A stretch of 64,000 nucleotides of DNA, taken from the IMG/VR virus record IMGVR_UViG_3300036770_004485; one strand, written 5' to 3'. The notes under the pieces were generated by a model. The model did not search any database and was not told where the DNA came from. It saw only the letters and a list, made by a program, of their open reading frames with translations. This DNA is from a virus. This document shows, piece by piece, positions 36,921 to 46,312 of the stretch (positions are counted from its first letter, which is position 1; each line of letters starts with the position of its first letter). Position numbers and translations under genes: made by a program.

Positions 36921-37551
36921 AGTTCAACGCACCAGGTCCACCGTCGATTTCGAAATATTGAACTTGTAGTTCAACAGTGAATTCTTCAACTGTGTCTCCA
37001 GTGTCATATGACAGAGCAATTTCAGAAACTGATGTTGGGAAGATATCGTAAAAACGATATGATCTCAGTACATTAGCCTTAGTCTGTGTTACTCTTCCTG
37101 GACCTGCATCTGGAACTGCCGTAGTGGTTTCTATTTGCCCACTAGTTCCTCTTCCAAGTTGATACACATACGCATCTTTCATGTAAGCATTTGGATTAGA
37201 TGCGCCAGTGTTGTTAGACAACTTGCTGATACCGTTCATCCAAGTTTCAAATGCGTGACGAATTCTGAAGTCTTCGTCATTGATAACAGTGATGGTCCAA
37301 GGATCAAAGGTTCTGTCTCCAGCAACTTTTAGAGTACGACCTCTAAAAGGAACATCGATTGATGCAACGTTTGAAGCAGGAAGGTTAGCTCCTTTGCACA
37401 TGAAGGTTAGATCCTTCAGCATTTCTCCATCTTTAGTAACATAAGATGGGAATTCTGGAATCGTAACTTCAAATAAATTGGGGCGTGCCCCACCGCCTTT
37501 TAGGACGGATTTGAAGTTCGAAATAGTTTTAATTGAAGGTGATTCTGCCAT
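36919..37551 (-). CDS. gp19: Tail tube protein gp19
   Basis: GGGARPNLFEV, VPFRGRTLKVAGDRTFDPWTITVIND, FPTSVSEIALSYD. Confidence 0.96.
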   Translation of the reverse strand: MAESPSIKTISNFKSVLKGGGARPNLFEVTIPEFPSYVTKDGEMLKDLTFMCKGANLPASNVASIDVPFRGRTLKVAGDRTFDPWTITVINDEDFRIRHAFETWMNGISKLSNNTGASNPNAYMKDAYVYQLGRGTSGQIETTTAVPDAGPGRVTQTKANVLRSYRFYDIFPTSVSEIALSYDTGDTVEEFTVELQVQYFEIDGGPGALN

Positions 37552-37581
37552 TGGTCTTTGCTCTCAGGTGATCTTCGTGAA

Positions 37582-39801
37582 TTAGACTCTACCAGCGACT
37601 TCCTCAAAGCTGACACCAGTTCTGGTGGCAACAAAGGTGAGGGAGACGTAGTTGATCGACTTGGCGGGCTTCAGGAAGATGTCCGCTCTGAACTCATTAT
37701 TGTCAATAACATCAGGTGTGTTATTTGTTTCGTCACAAATAACCAAGAAGTCGTAAAGACCTCTCTTAGCTTGAACATCGCGGAGATAAGGTTCTACGAT
37801 GTTTACAAAGTTCGCTCTTGTGATTTCATCGTTGAGTTCAAATAGTTGCGCTTTAGCAGCACCCTCTAGAGCTTGCTCCACAGTCAGGAACAATCTTCTA
37901 ACGTTGATTCTATCAAACGCGGAGGCATAACCAAGAGCAGTCTTATCACCGAAGAGCAGAATTCCGATACCAGGTTGGAATGAAATTGGATTTACACGAG
38001 CCTGATAAAGTTCATCTCTTTGATTTTGATTTGGATTGAATGCAAGTTTAATTGCATTGTTCAACACACCACGCTGTTGTCCAGCAGGTGAGAACCATGG
38101 GAACGCTCTAATATTAGTACGAACCATGAGACCAGCAACGTCAGCGTTCGTTGGAACGTAACGGAACTGATTATTGAATCTATCGTAAGTATACTTATAA
38201 CCAGAATCAATGATGCCATAAGATGAAGATCTAATACCGTTAGCAAATTTGATAATGTTTGCTGCTTGTGTATCATCATCAATAACTCCAACAACACCAT
38301 CTCTATGTGGAGAAATGGTAGCAACACAATCAAGTCTTTCTTCAGCAATGGAAATAAGTCTGTTTGCTTTTGCTTGAGACTCTTCAATTCCATTGATGCT
38401 TGGTCCCATGATTAAGTAATCAACAGCAATCTCTTCCTTATTGCGGAAAAGATTATATGAAGTAATTAGATCTCCAAGAGTTGCTTTATGTCCTCCAGCA
38501 GCACTGTAATCAACACCACCGCTAAATGCATATCCAACATTACCAATTGCAGAGAACGTAATGCCCTGAGCATTTTGTCCCCATAGACCTTCAGAAGTTG
38601 TAACTGGAACAAAAGCAGTAGAGAAACCAGTTGCTCTAGGAACAGTATTCCAGTATGTATCTGGATCGGCAGATGGATTTACACCCGCATAAGCATAACC
38701 AGAGAAATCTGCGAGGAAATCCTTGTACCAGATTTTCTGTGGAGCATTTACCGAAGAAACGGTATCAAGTGCTTTGGAAAGAGAAGAAAACTTCTCAACA
38801 ATGTTTCCTTGAATTCCAGTTACTGCACCTTCATCATCAACAATACAAATATTGATACCATCATTGTATCCTTGACGCTCACTTACGTAATTATTGCTTA
38901 CTGGTTTTGGTGCAATAGACTTCCAGAAGATGTTTCCATTTACAATTGGAAGTTGTTGTTGATCGTACCAATCAATAGCTGTAGCAGCACTTCTTCCTGT
39001 TCCAGTTACTGTTCCAGAACTATCTTTGAAAACTAGTGAAGTATCATCTTGGAAAGTGCTACCAATTGAGATTGAAGCAGCATCACTATTCTTCTCATAA
39101 GAAATTCTAGTCTCAGTTGCGCCAGCACCAACGGTTTCTACACGTGAGAACCATTTAACATCAAAGGTTGAATTTCCAGCATTGGAGTCAGTCTTTACTC
39201 CAGTAACAATACCCTTGAGGTAACCAGTGAATGTGGAAATAGTTCCGGTTGATGCATTTGGTAGAACTAGGTTGCTCAGACCCATGGTTACAGCGTAACC
39301 AACAGTGATGCCAAAACCAGCAAGACTTGTAGTATTGATGCCAACGGTTTGGTCGGCAAGATCGTCAATAAAGCATACTTTCAGACCATTTGCCCATCTA
39401 CCTGGGGTTTTTGCAGCAAAAGTCCAACCAGTATCAGATTGATAGTTCTGCTTATAATCGTCGTAATTTTTAATCTTCAGAGATGTATCTGAAGAAACAT
39501 CGCTACCAGCATTAGCATTATTGAGGGTGGCACCATTAGTTCTTACTACTTTTAGAACGCCACCATACGATAGGAAAGAACTAGCACACATCCAATACTC
39601 ATATTGAGCATCCGTACTAATTGGTTTTCCAAAAACTTCAATAAGTTCTTGCTCTGTCTCAATGGTATATGGTTCGTCTACAGGTCCTCTTTGAAAAGGA
39701 CCGCAGATAGCTCCGATATTATCTAAAACGTTTTCTGCTCTACCTACAGTGAGGTCAACCTCCCTGATAAGTACACCAGGAGACAATAATGCTACTGCCA
39801 T
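37582..39801 (-). CDS. gp18: Tail sheath protein gp18
   Basis: LSPGVLIREVDLT, PWFSPAG, SAFDRINVRRLF, PAKSINYVSLTF. Confidence 0.97.
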   Translation of the reverse strand: MAVALLSPGVLIREVDLTVGRAENVLDNIGAICGPFQRGPVDEPYTIETEQELIEVFGKPISTDAQYEYWMCASSFLSYGGVLKVVRTNGATLNNANAGSDVSSDTSLKIKNYDDYKQNYQSDTGWTFAAKTPGRWANGLKVCFIDDLADQTVGINTTSLAGFGITVGYAVTMGLSNLVLPNASTGTISTFTGYLKGIVTGVKTDSNAGNSTFDVKWFSRVETVGAGATETRISYEKNSDAASISIGSTFQDDTSLVFKDSSGTVTGTGRSAATAIDWYDQQQLPIVNGNIFWKSIAPKPVSNNYVSERQGYNDGINICIVDDEGAVTGIQGNIVEKFSSLSKALDTVSSVNAPQKIWYKDFLADFSGYAYAGVNPSADPDTYWNTVPRATGFSTAFVPVTTSEGLWGQNAQGITFSAIGNVGYAFSGGVDYSAAGGHKATLGDLITSYNLFRNKEEIAVDYLIMGPSINGIEESQAKANRLISIAEERLDCVATISPHRDGVVGVIDDDTQAANIIKFANGIRSSSYGIIDSGYKYTYDRFNNQFRYVPTNADVAGLMVRTNIRAFPWFSPAGQQRGVLNNAIKLAFNPNQNQRDELYQARVNPISFQPGIGILLFGDKTALGYASAFDRINVRRLFLTVEQALEGAAKAQLFELNDEITRANFVNIVEPYLRDVQAKRGLYDFLVICDETNNTPDVIDNNEFRADIFLKPAKSINYVSLTFVATRTGVSFEEVAGRV

Positions 39802-39835
39802 TTGATTCTCCTAAAGGTCCATTTTTGTCTAAAAA

Positions 39836-39843
39836 TATTTATA
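39836..39843 (-). promoter_or_regulatory. Late promoter TATAAATA for gp18-gp19
   Basis: Exact consensus; AGGAG SD downstream. Confidence 0.85.
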
Positions 39844-39854
39844 ATTAAGACCTT

Positions 39855-41504
39855 TTACAGATAGTCCCACATGTATGAACGATCACCATACTCATCAGTA
39901 AACCATCTATCTCCATCAGCATCAACAAAACTATTGGTATCTGTTAGTCCATCATCCAAAAATCCGAAAGGAGACATATCTTGTTCAATCTGATTTTTTT
40001 GTTCTTCATACAACCTCTTACGAACATCTTGATCCGTAAGTTCTTTGAAGTAATCTTGAGCAACTAACCAAGCATATATGACCAAACACATTGCAAGGTC
40101 ATCATTACATCCTTCTTCTGCCTCAAAGGAATTATGCTTTGATATAAAAGTAGTTAGTTCTGATATTACTTCATAATCTTTGAATAATAATTTGTCGGAC
40201 TCAATCATTGTTTTCAAATTGAGTGAACCAACTTTTTTTACAGTCTTAGACATCTTGACGCCAAGTTGTGTTTTCTTTCCACTAAAACCTTGTCCAACTA
40301 TTTGTCCTGCTCGTCCTCTCATAGAACACATGAGAAGATTTTGATATTCCAAATCATACTGTAAGATTGATGCTACTTGATCTCCAATATCATTAACCTC
40401 ACATAAAATAAAGGCATTGTTGTATGCTTTACAAGTTTCCCAAATAATGTTTGGAAACAGCATTGGTTTGATATCATTCTTTCGGTATTTCACCACAAGC
40501 TTGTGTGGGAAAGATGTGATATCAATTACTACAAATGCAGAGTAATCTTCACCAACTCCTCTTGCTACGTCAACCGTACAAACATAATCATGATTTGAAA
40601 TTGGATCTTCATAAACATCCAAACCTTGATTTGATTTAATGGGAGTATCATAAATCATGCTCCTTAATTTTGCTGGAGCAATTAGCGTATCAACAGATCC
40701 TAAGAATTCACATTCAAATTCAACTTTGAATTGCTGTTCGCTAGTGTTTTTGATTGTTTGTTCTCGCCAAGCTTCATCTCTTCCTGGAACTTCAGACCAA
40801 TGAACTTGAGTGGGAACGTATTCATTTGCACCTCTTTCCGCATCATGCCACATGCGATAGAAGTGATTCATACCCTTGGGGGTAGAAACAATAATAATTT
40901 TTGTGGATTTACCAGATGAAATTGTGGGATAAACTGAACTAAAGAAGTCATCAGCAATATGATTTGGAACGAACGCAAATTCGTCCAAGAAAATAATGTT
41001 GAAGGTCATACCACGAACAGCAGCAGCCGATGTAGATGCTGCTAAAATTTTGCTTCCATTTTCTAATTCAATGTTACCTTTATTCCATGCCAAAACACCC
41101 TGCTGCATCCACTTAGGAAGATTCTCATATGCAGTGGCTAGTCTTGATAATAGGTCTCTGGCAGTAGATGCTTTGTTTGCCAGAATACCAATATTAACAT
41201 TGTCGTTGAAGACTAAGTAATGAAGAAGATATGATACCGACGTAGTAGACTTACCAGTCTGACGAGGCATCATACAAATATTAAATCTATTTTCATGAAA
41301 TCGTGATATCAATTTCTCCTGAAATGGCCACATCTCAAAAGGAACGAGACCTTCATCAACGTTAACAATTTTGATATAATTTCTAGCAAAATATACTGGA
41401 TCTTCTTTACACTTAATAAACTCCTGAATTTGCTCAGCAGTAAATTCAATTTTTGTGTTTGCTTTCTTTAGATTGGGATTACCAAGATATACTTCATTTG
41501 CCAT
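39855..41504 (-). CDS. gp17: Terminase large subunit gp17
   Basis: YLGNPNLK, PRQTGKS, IFLDEFAF, VSTPKG, DVARG, DDLAM. Confidence 0.97.
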   Translation of the reverse strand: MANEVYLGNPNLKKANTKIEFTAEQIQEFIKCKEDPVYFARNYIKIVNVDEGLVPFEMWPFQEKLISRFHENRFNICMMPRQTGKSTTSVSYLLHYLVFNDNVNIGILANKASTARDLLSRLATAYENLPKWMQQGVLAWNKGNIELENGSKILAASTSAAAVRGMTFNIIFLDEFAFVPNHIADDFFSSVYPTISSGKSTKIIIVSTPKGMNHFYRMWHDAERGANEYVPTQVHWSEVPGRDEAWREQTIKNTSEQQFKVEFECEFLGSVDTLIAPAKLRSMIYDTPIKSNQGLDVYEDPISNHDYVCTVDVARGVGEDYSAFVVIDITSFPHKLVVKYRKNDIKPMLFPNIIWETCKAYNNAFILCEVNDIGDQVASILQYDLEYQNLLMCSMRGRAGQIVGQGFSGKKTQLGVKMSKTVKKVGSLNLKTMIESDKLLFKDYEVISELTTFISKHNSFEAEEGCNDDLAMCLVIYAWLVAQDYFKELTDQDVRKRLYEEQKNQIEQDMSPFGFLDDGLTDTNSFVDADGDRWFTDEYGDRSYMWDYL

Positions 41505-41507
41505 AAA

Positions 41508-41666
41508 TCAGATCCACTTTGGCGGATTATGTGGGCATTTTGCAAATGGAAGTTTAGTTTTTATTTCCATAAAGCAATTACAAATAGCACATCTTTTATA
41601 CTTTCCTTTTAGATATTCACACGATTCGCAAATTTTCATTCGCTCTTCAGCAGTCATCTTTTCCAT
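41508..41666 (-). CDS. 52-aa Cys-rich putative Zn-finger protein (missed by the ORF track)
   Basis: MEKMTAEERMKICESCEYLKGKYKRCAICNCFMEIKTKLPFAKCPHNPPKWI; CxxC..CxxCxC..CP; start codon uncertain (41678/41666/41657). Confidence 0.75.
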   Translation of the reverse strand: MEKMTAEERMKICESCEYLKGKYKRCAICNCFMEIKTKLPFAKCPHNPPKWI

Positions 41667-41769
41667 GTTGTTCATCATATGCTTCTTTCAATATATATCC
41701 AACACAAATAATAGTACCAATCAAAACTAACCCAACGCCAATATTTACAGACCAAACTACATCATTCAT
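41647..41769 (-). CDS. 40-aa single-TM protein (missed by the ORF track)
   Basis: MNDVVWSVNIGVGLVLIGTIICVGYILKEAYDEQHGKDDC. Confidence 0.65.
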   Translation of the reverse strand: MNDVVWSVNIGVGLVLIGTIICVGYILKEAYDEQHGKDDC

Positions 41770-41884
41770 TTTCTTCATCCTCATCCTCATAGGTTGAAGG
41801 TTCCTCAAAGAGTTCTTGCATTTTTTGTTGAATAACTCTTTGTTGTAATTGAATCAAGTCTTCTTCTTTGATCTCAATACTCAT
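41762..41884 (-). CDS. 40-aa acidic protein (missed by the ORF track)
   Basis: MSIEIKEEDLIQLQQRVIQQKMQELFEEPSTYEDEDEENE; ATGA-type overlap with the upstream gene. Confidence 0.6.
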   Translation of the reverse strand: MSIEIKEEDLIQLQQRVIQQKMQELFEEPSTYEDEDEENE

Positions 41885-42093
41885 GGATGATCGTTTTCTA
41901 ACTCTGTTAATCTTTTTTCCCAAGTGGTTCCTTTTTCAGAACCTCTTTTAGGATTTATACAAGTATCATCTCCAAAATTATTGCAGACAAGTCCAGCGAG
42001 GTCATCTTCATTTCCTGGTTTATTTGTGCCAGTCCAAAAATGCTGTCCGTTTATCCACGTAGCACCACATTTAGGGCAGGTTTTAGTGTTCAT
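41881..42093 (-). CDS. Small Cys-containing conserved protein
   Basis: Likely start MNTKTCPKCGATWINGQHFW at 42093 (ATGA overlap); LAGLVCN..CINP. Confidence 0.75.
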   Translation of the reverse strand: MNTKTCPKCGATWINGQHFWTGTNKPGNEDDLAGLVCNNFGDDTCINPKRGSEKGTTWEKRLTELENDHP

Positions 42094-42296
42094 TTGAAAT
42101 CCTTGAATTTGGATGGGTGAATAAGTTGTCTTTCCAACTGCTTCTTCATCATCCACATTCTAATCTTGACATATGCATAGCGCAACTGCAGGTCAAGATA
42201 CACAAAAACGCGCATGGTTCCTTCAAATCCTGCATAGATGATCATGCAAGCAATAATAGTAATAGTCAAATAAAGACTAAGGATAGATGGGTCCAT
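42090..42296 (-). CDS. 68-aa membrane protein
   Basis: N-terminal hydrophobic helix LYLTITIIACMIIYAG followed by a basic amphipathic tail. Confidence 0.7.
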   Translation of the reverse strand: MDPSILSLYLTITIIACMIIYAGFEGTMRVFVYLDLQLRYAYVKIRMWMMKKQLERQLIHPSKFKDFK

Positions 42297-42360
42297 GAAG
42301 GCACAGAGCTATTGAATAATAGTATCTATATGATACACTTTTTCTTAACAATTTTTTGTA

Positions 42361-43101
42361 TCAACCGCCACTATCGTTTTGAATTAAAAGTATATCAAAA
42401 GCAGCAGTGTATCTACCATTATTACTTCTAGTAGTCAGTCTTACATCAATATCGGAGTGTTGTGGAAGTTCCTGAGGGAAGGAAAACTTATAAACATACT
42501 CTCCACCAGAACCACTAACTTCAAATGTATGCCCTACTCTAAATGACTGTCCAATTGTATTATATCTTACCATCATAAATCCAGTTGCATCAGCACCTGA
42601 CTGAGCAGAACAGACTCCTTGATACAAGTATCCCGTATATCCATTAGGAACCGTGTATATTGCCATCAAAGTTTGTCCAAGTCCTGCGGTAATTCTAAGA
42701 ACTTCTGTACCACCTCTAGAAAAATTTAATTGTCCTACATTTGTAGTTCCGGTTTTTACATATCCACGAAATACTCTTTTAAAAATTTTAGTTCCTGTAA
42801 CAGTTCCAGAACTTGATAGTGTAAAATCCTCTTCAATTTGATCCCAATTGGAATCTAGTCCAACAATAGTTATAACTTTATCATTATCGTCTGCACCAAC
42901 TTGTGCTGCTACAAGAACTCCTGGAGTATTAAAAGCACTCCAAGGATATAGAGTATCTGCTTTATCCCACACTGTTGCAGTTGTATTTGTTGATTGTCCT
43001 GGAGTTGCACCAAACTTATGAAGTGTTGATGCTCCACGAACTTTCCCACGAGCAACATTCAAATCAAATTGTTCATCCCAAATATAGTTACGAAAAGCCA
43101 T
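42361..43101 (-). CDS. Conserved phage hypothetical protein (beta-rich, probably structural)
   Basis: 246 aa; VARGKVRG..HKFG motif. Confidence 0.75.
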   Translation of the reverse strand: MAFRNYIWDEQFDLNVARGKVRGASTLHKFGATPGQSTNTTATVWDKADTLYPWSAFNTPGVLVAAQVGADDNDKVITIVGLDSNWDQIEEDFTLSSSGTVTGTKIFKRVFRGYVKTGTTNVGQLNFSRGGTEVLRITAGLGQTLMAIYTVPNGYTGYLYQGVCSAQSGADATGFMMVRYNTIGQSFRVGHTFEVSGSGGEYVYKFSFPQELPQHSDIDVRLTTRSNNGRYTAAFDILLIQNDSGG

Positions 43102-43104
43102 AGT

Positions 43105-43419
43105 TTAAATCCAGTCTAATTTTGCTGGGTGGTAACGTTTTACATTTTTGATATTGGTACTGTTTTCTGTTTGAGGATAAATTTGTTGAACTACGGCACC
43201 TGGGTATTCATTTTGCAATTGTTCTGTCAGTTCTCTTGATGAGGGAAGACCATTTTTCGTGGTCATTTCCATTCGGAGTAAATTTCCTTTCCATAGAACA
43301 TCAGCAACAAAACTTTCACCCATTTCTTCTTGTGAAGTTGATCCACCTATAATCATTGTTCCGTTGAAGTCTCCAGCGATATTTACGCTTTCTGAGAGAA
43401 ACTGTTGAAAACTTTTCAT
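43105..43419 (-). CDS. 104-aa protein with capsid-targeting-like N-terminus
   Basis: MKSFQQFLSE; body homologous to a module inside the adjacent 765-aa protein. Confidence 0.8.
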   Translation of the reverse strand: MKSFQQFLSESVNIAGDFNGTMIIGGSTSQEEMGESFVADVLWKGNLLRMEMTTKNGLPSSRELTEQLQNEYPGAVVQQIYPQTENSTNIKNVKRYHPAKLDWI

Positions 43420-43420
43420 G

Positions 43421-45718
43421 TCAGCAATTCCAAGCTCTGAGTGATTTGTTGATTCTGCTATTTGGATCGTTAGCAGTTTTAGCAGAAGTTAGTTTCTTTT
43501 TCATTCCACTCATTCTGGCACAGAATGAAGCACGACGTTTGTTACCAACTTTCTTTGAAGGTGCTTTTAGATCTGAACCGGGGTTTTCACGCTCATATGA
43601 CTTGCGACCTTTTTCATTTAGTCCACCACTTTGATTTTTTCCTTCTTTGCGTTGCCACGCCGCAACTTCTGTTTGCATCATCATATCAGTTCCTTTTTTC
43701 TTTTGAACTGCTTTTGCTTGCAATTGAATTTTTTGGCGGTTCAGCATTAGTTGGCGTCTTGCAATTTGTTGTGCTTGCTTTTCTTCAGAATCATTTTGCT
43801 CCGTTTGTTCTGCAACTCTCAATAGAGGTTGTGTTGGATCAATTGTTGATTTATGATACTGAGAGACGCGGGCATCTGGATATATTTTCTGAACCGCTGC
43901 CGTGACCTCCTGTTTTGTTGGAACGTGAAGTGTTGGGAAGAATAGTTGCATCATATAAAACTTGCCTCTAAAGACAAGCATTACATTCATTACCTGACCA
44001 TTCTCGCGGGGAAGAGTAACAGCCTCAGAGACATATGAAAAATCTGTTTGTCCACTGCTATCTTCATGGGAATAACCCTCCTTTTCGCAACGGTTGTAGG
44101 TCTTACCGAAGAGTTTCTGCGTGCCTACTTTTTTATAACCTTTCCAACACTTCTTGCCTGCCTCATTGATTTCAATAGCACCAATTGATTCCAGAGCGGC
44201 AATTTGTGAGGGCGTAAACCCTTCCTTTTTGGTTTTATTGCCCCAACTGTCAGCGCCAACTTTGCGGCACTTTACAAGGGCACCAGAGGCATATGCAGAA
44301 GGCCAAACCTTGTAACGTGACTTGACCTTATGATAACATGCATCCTTTTCTTCATAGTGAAAACTTCTGTTTTTAGTTTTTGATGGGAGTTTACCACTTC
44401 TTACTTTTGTTGAAGAAGTCTCACCATATCCTTCTGGATGCTTACCAGTTTTTGTCTTACCAATTGTGTCTGACTTTGCTTTGCTTCCTTTTTCAGTATA
44501 ATGTAACTTTGCTGGTTTATCTTTATCCTTTGTAATTACAGATTCTTGATCATGCTTTCTGCCAAGACGACGCATTACTTTTCCAAAACGTCTTTTTGAC
44601 ATTCCTTTTCCAGGACTGGTGTGATATGAAACTTCTCTTCCTGTTTCTCCACTACCATACTTATATTCACCTACACCCTTTTTATATCCAATACCATGCT
44701 TCTTAAGGTCCTTTTCCAAACCTTTTCTTTTAGTGCGATTTGTTTTTTCATCAGATCCACGATCTGCAGAAATATGACCTGTAGTTTGAGTCTTGGACTT
44801 GCTCATTGCTCTTGCAAGTCCACCTTCTTGAACAAATTCTTCTTTATTCATCTCTCCACTATCTACATAATCAGCAGCAGAATCTAGATAATCAGCTGCT
44901 TTTGTAATTTTGGATTGAACCCACGCCTCAACTTCTCCTTCACCCTTTGCCATTTTTTTCTGCAATCTTTTTGCGGCATTCATTATTGTTGAAATTTCTG
45001 ATCTAGCCATTGAGTACTCGTGGTCTTTTGCTTCTGTCTTCACGTTGATTGCCTTTCCACTTCTATTTGGATTTGGATCTTGACGATTTTTGCGACGAAA
45101 CGCTGCTTCTTCTTCTCCCTTATCTAAAGCACGTTTCATTTTACTAGAACCGCATTTTGGTTTGGTTGTTTGACCTGGTTGTTTTGCACAGGGTTTTCCA
45201 GCGTACTTACCACCCAGTTGAACCCATCCAGGTTTTCCATCTGAAGATTTGCTTTTAGAAAACCAATCATGTAAAGAGCTATCGCCAGATTTATTTTCTT
45301 CGTAAGCCATACCTCTTTTAGTATGCTTCAGTTCACCTTTTTGTTTTGCTAACAATTTCTTGGAAGCAGTCGCAACATTAATATCTGCTGGATTTTCGTC
45401 AGGTGTTTTCTTTGATGGTTTATCATAGATATCAACATCTCCATCGGCATCACGATCAACATACTGTACTGTTGCGTGATGTACTAATTGCTTTAGATCT
45501 AAATTAGGATCTAGCTGATGCTGCTTACCTTTTAGGTGTGGAGTTTTATGAGTAAATTTTGAATATTTAACTCCAGACATATCTTCAGAAACTGAAGCAC
45601 CATTTTCTTTGCGAAGCATTCCCTCTGGATCTACCATGAATCCTTTGGGGATATCTTTGCACACTTCATCTGTGTAGCAATAGTATTTTCCAGCAGGACA
45701 CTTACCGTTCTTCATCAA
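43421..45718 (-). CDS. Modular basic late protein (probable head-internal polyprotein)
   Basis: 765 aa of short basic modules separated by Glu motifs; C-terminal AAWQRKEGKN..SFCARM..LRAWNC module; late promoter upstream. Confidence 0.8.
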   Translation of the reverse strand: MMKNGKCPAGKYYCYTDEVCKDIPKGFMVDPEGMLRKENGASVSEDMSGVKYSKFTHKTPHLKGKQHQLDPNLDLKQLVHHATVQYVDRDADGDVDIYDKPSKKTPDENPADINVATASKKLLAKQKGELKHTKRGMAYEENKSGDSSLHDWFSKSKSSDGKPGWVQLGGKYAGKPCAKQPGQTTKPKCGSSKMKRALDKGEEEAAFRRKNRQDPNPNRSGKAINVKTEAKDHEYSMARSEISTIMNAAKRLQKKMAKGEGEVEAWVQSKITKAADYLDSAADYVDSGEMNKEEFVQEGGLARAMSKSKTQTTGHISADRGSDEKTNRTKRKGLEKDLKKHGIGYKKGVGEYKYGSGETGREVSYHTSPGKGMSKRRFGKVMRRLGRKHDQESVITKDKDKPAKLHYTEKGSKAKSDTIGKTKTGKHPEGYGETSSTKVRSGKLPSKTKNRSFHYEEKDACYHKVKSRYKVWPSAYASGALVKCRKVGADSWGNKTKKEGFTPSQIAALESIGAIEINEAGKKCWKGYKKVGTQKLFGKTYNRCEKEGYSHEDSSGQTDFSYVSEAVTLPRENGQVMNVMLVFRGKFYMMQLFFPTLHVPTKQEVTAAVQKIYPDARVSQYHKSTIDPTQPLLRVAEQTEQNDSEEKQAQQIARRQLMLNRQKIQLQAKAVQKKKGTDMMMQTEVAAWQRKEGKNQSGGLNEKGRKSYERENPGSDLKAPSKKVGNKRRASFCARMSGMKKKLTSAKTANDPNSRINKSLRAWNC

Positions 45719-45737
45719 ATAAAAAGAGACCTCTTTT

Positions 45738-45745
45738 TATTTATA
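45738..45745 (-). promoter_or_regulatory. Late promoter TATAAATA
   Basis: Exact consensus overlapping the stop of the 80-aa gene, 20 nt before the 765-aa ATG. Confidence 0.8.
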
Positions 45746-45983
45746 GTCCAATGATTGTAAGTGGGTCCGATAATGAAGTTACCGATGCTACACCTGAACT
45801 TATTACTATACTATTTCTATTATAAAAATTAATGGTTTGTGCAGTTCCAACTACGCTCCCGCCACTATCAATTCCTACAGACTTATTATTCACCCAACTT
45901 TGTACTCCAACTGTACTACTTGATAGTACATATCCATCAGCGATTGGTTTTCTAAGATTTTTTTGACTGATGAGTTTAGGCAT
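45741..45983 (-). CDS. 80-aa putative fiber-associated structural protein
   Basis: S/G/V/T-rich; VGTAQTINF motif; coupled downstream of the spike genes. Confidence 0.65.
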   Translation of the reverse strand: MPKLISQKNLRKPIADGYVLSSSTVGVQSWVNNKSVGIDSGGSVVGTAQTINFYNRNSIVISSGVASVTSLSDPLTIIGL

Positions 45984-46311
45984 TTGCTGTCTCTAAAACA
46001 GAGAGTAGAATTTTTAGAGTGCTATTTGCACCAGCACTTGCTGTAATTGAATCACCAGTTTCAAGAACTAATTTCCCATCTAAAGGAATAAAAGCATCAT
46101 TTACTGGAACTGTTCCCTGTTTGATTAATTCTGTAGAAGTTCCACTTCTAACATGAGAAACTGTAACAGTTGTATCAGACACACCAACGTTGGTTACATG
46201 AGCATAGAGAATAATACCAGTATAACCAGTGGGTGCAGTATAAATCGTTTGATTACTCGTGGTGAGTGCAACGGTTTCTGTTTGAAATCTATTGAGTGCT
46301 AATTGTGCCAT
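45976..46311 (-). CDS. 111-aa beta-sandwich structural protein
   Basis: TIYTAPTG..ILYAHVTN..GKLVLETGDSI; follows the spike gene. Confidence 0.7.
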   Translation of the reverse strand: MAQLALNRFQTETVALTTSNQTIYTAPTGYTGIILYAHVTNVGVSDTTVTVSHVRSGTSTELIKQGTVPVNDAFIPLDGKLVLETGDSITASAGANSTLKILLSVLETANA

Positions 46312-46312
46312 T

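Noticed and set aside
42322-42336. GTATC-TATAT-GATAC palindrome as an NtcA site
   Set aside because: Spacing is GTA-N9-TAC rather than N8. It overlaps a TATAGATA box that may simply be a variant late promoter.
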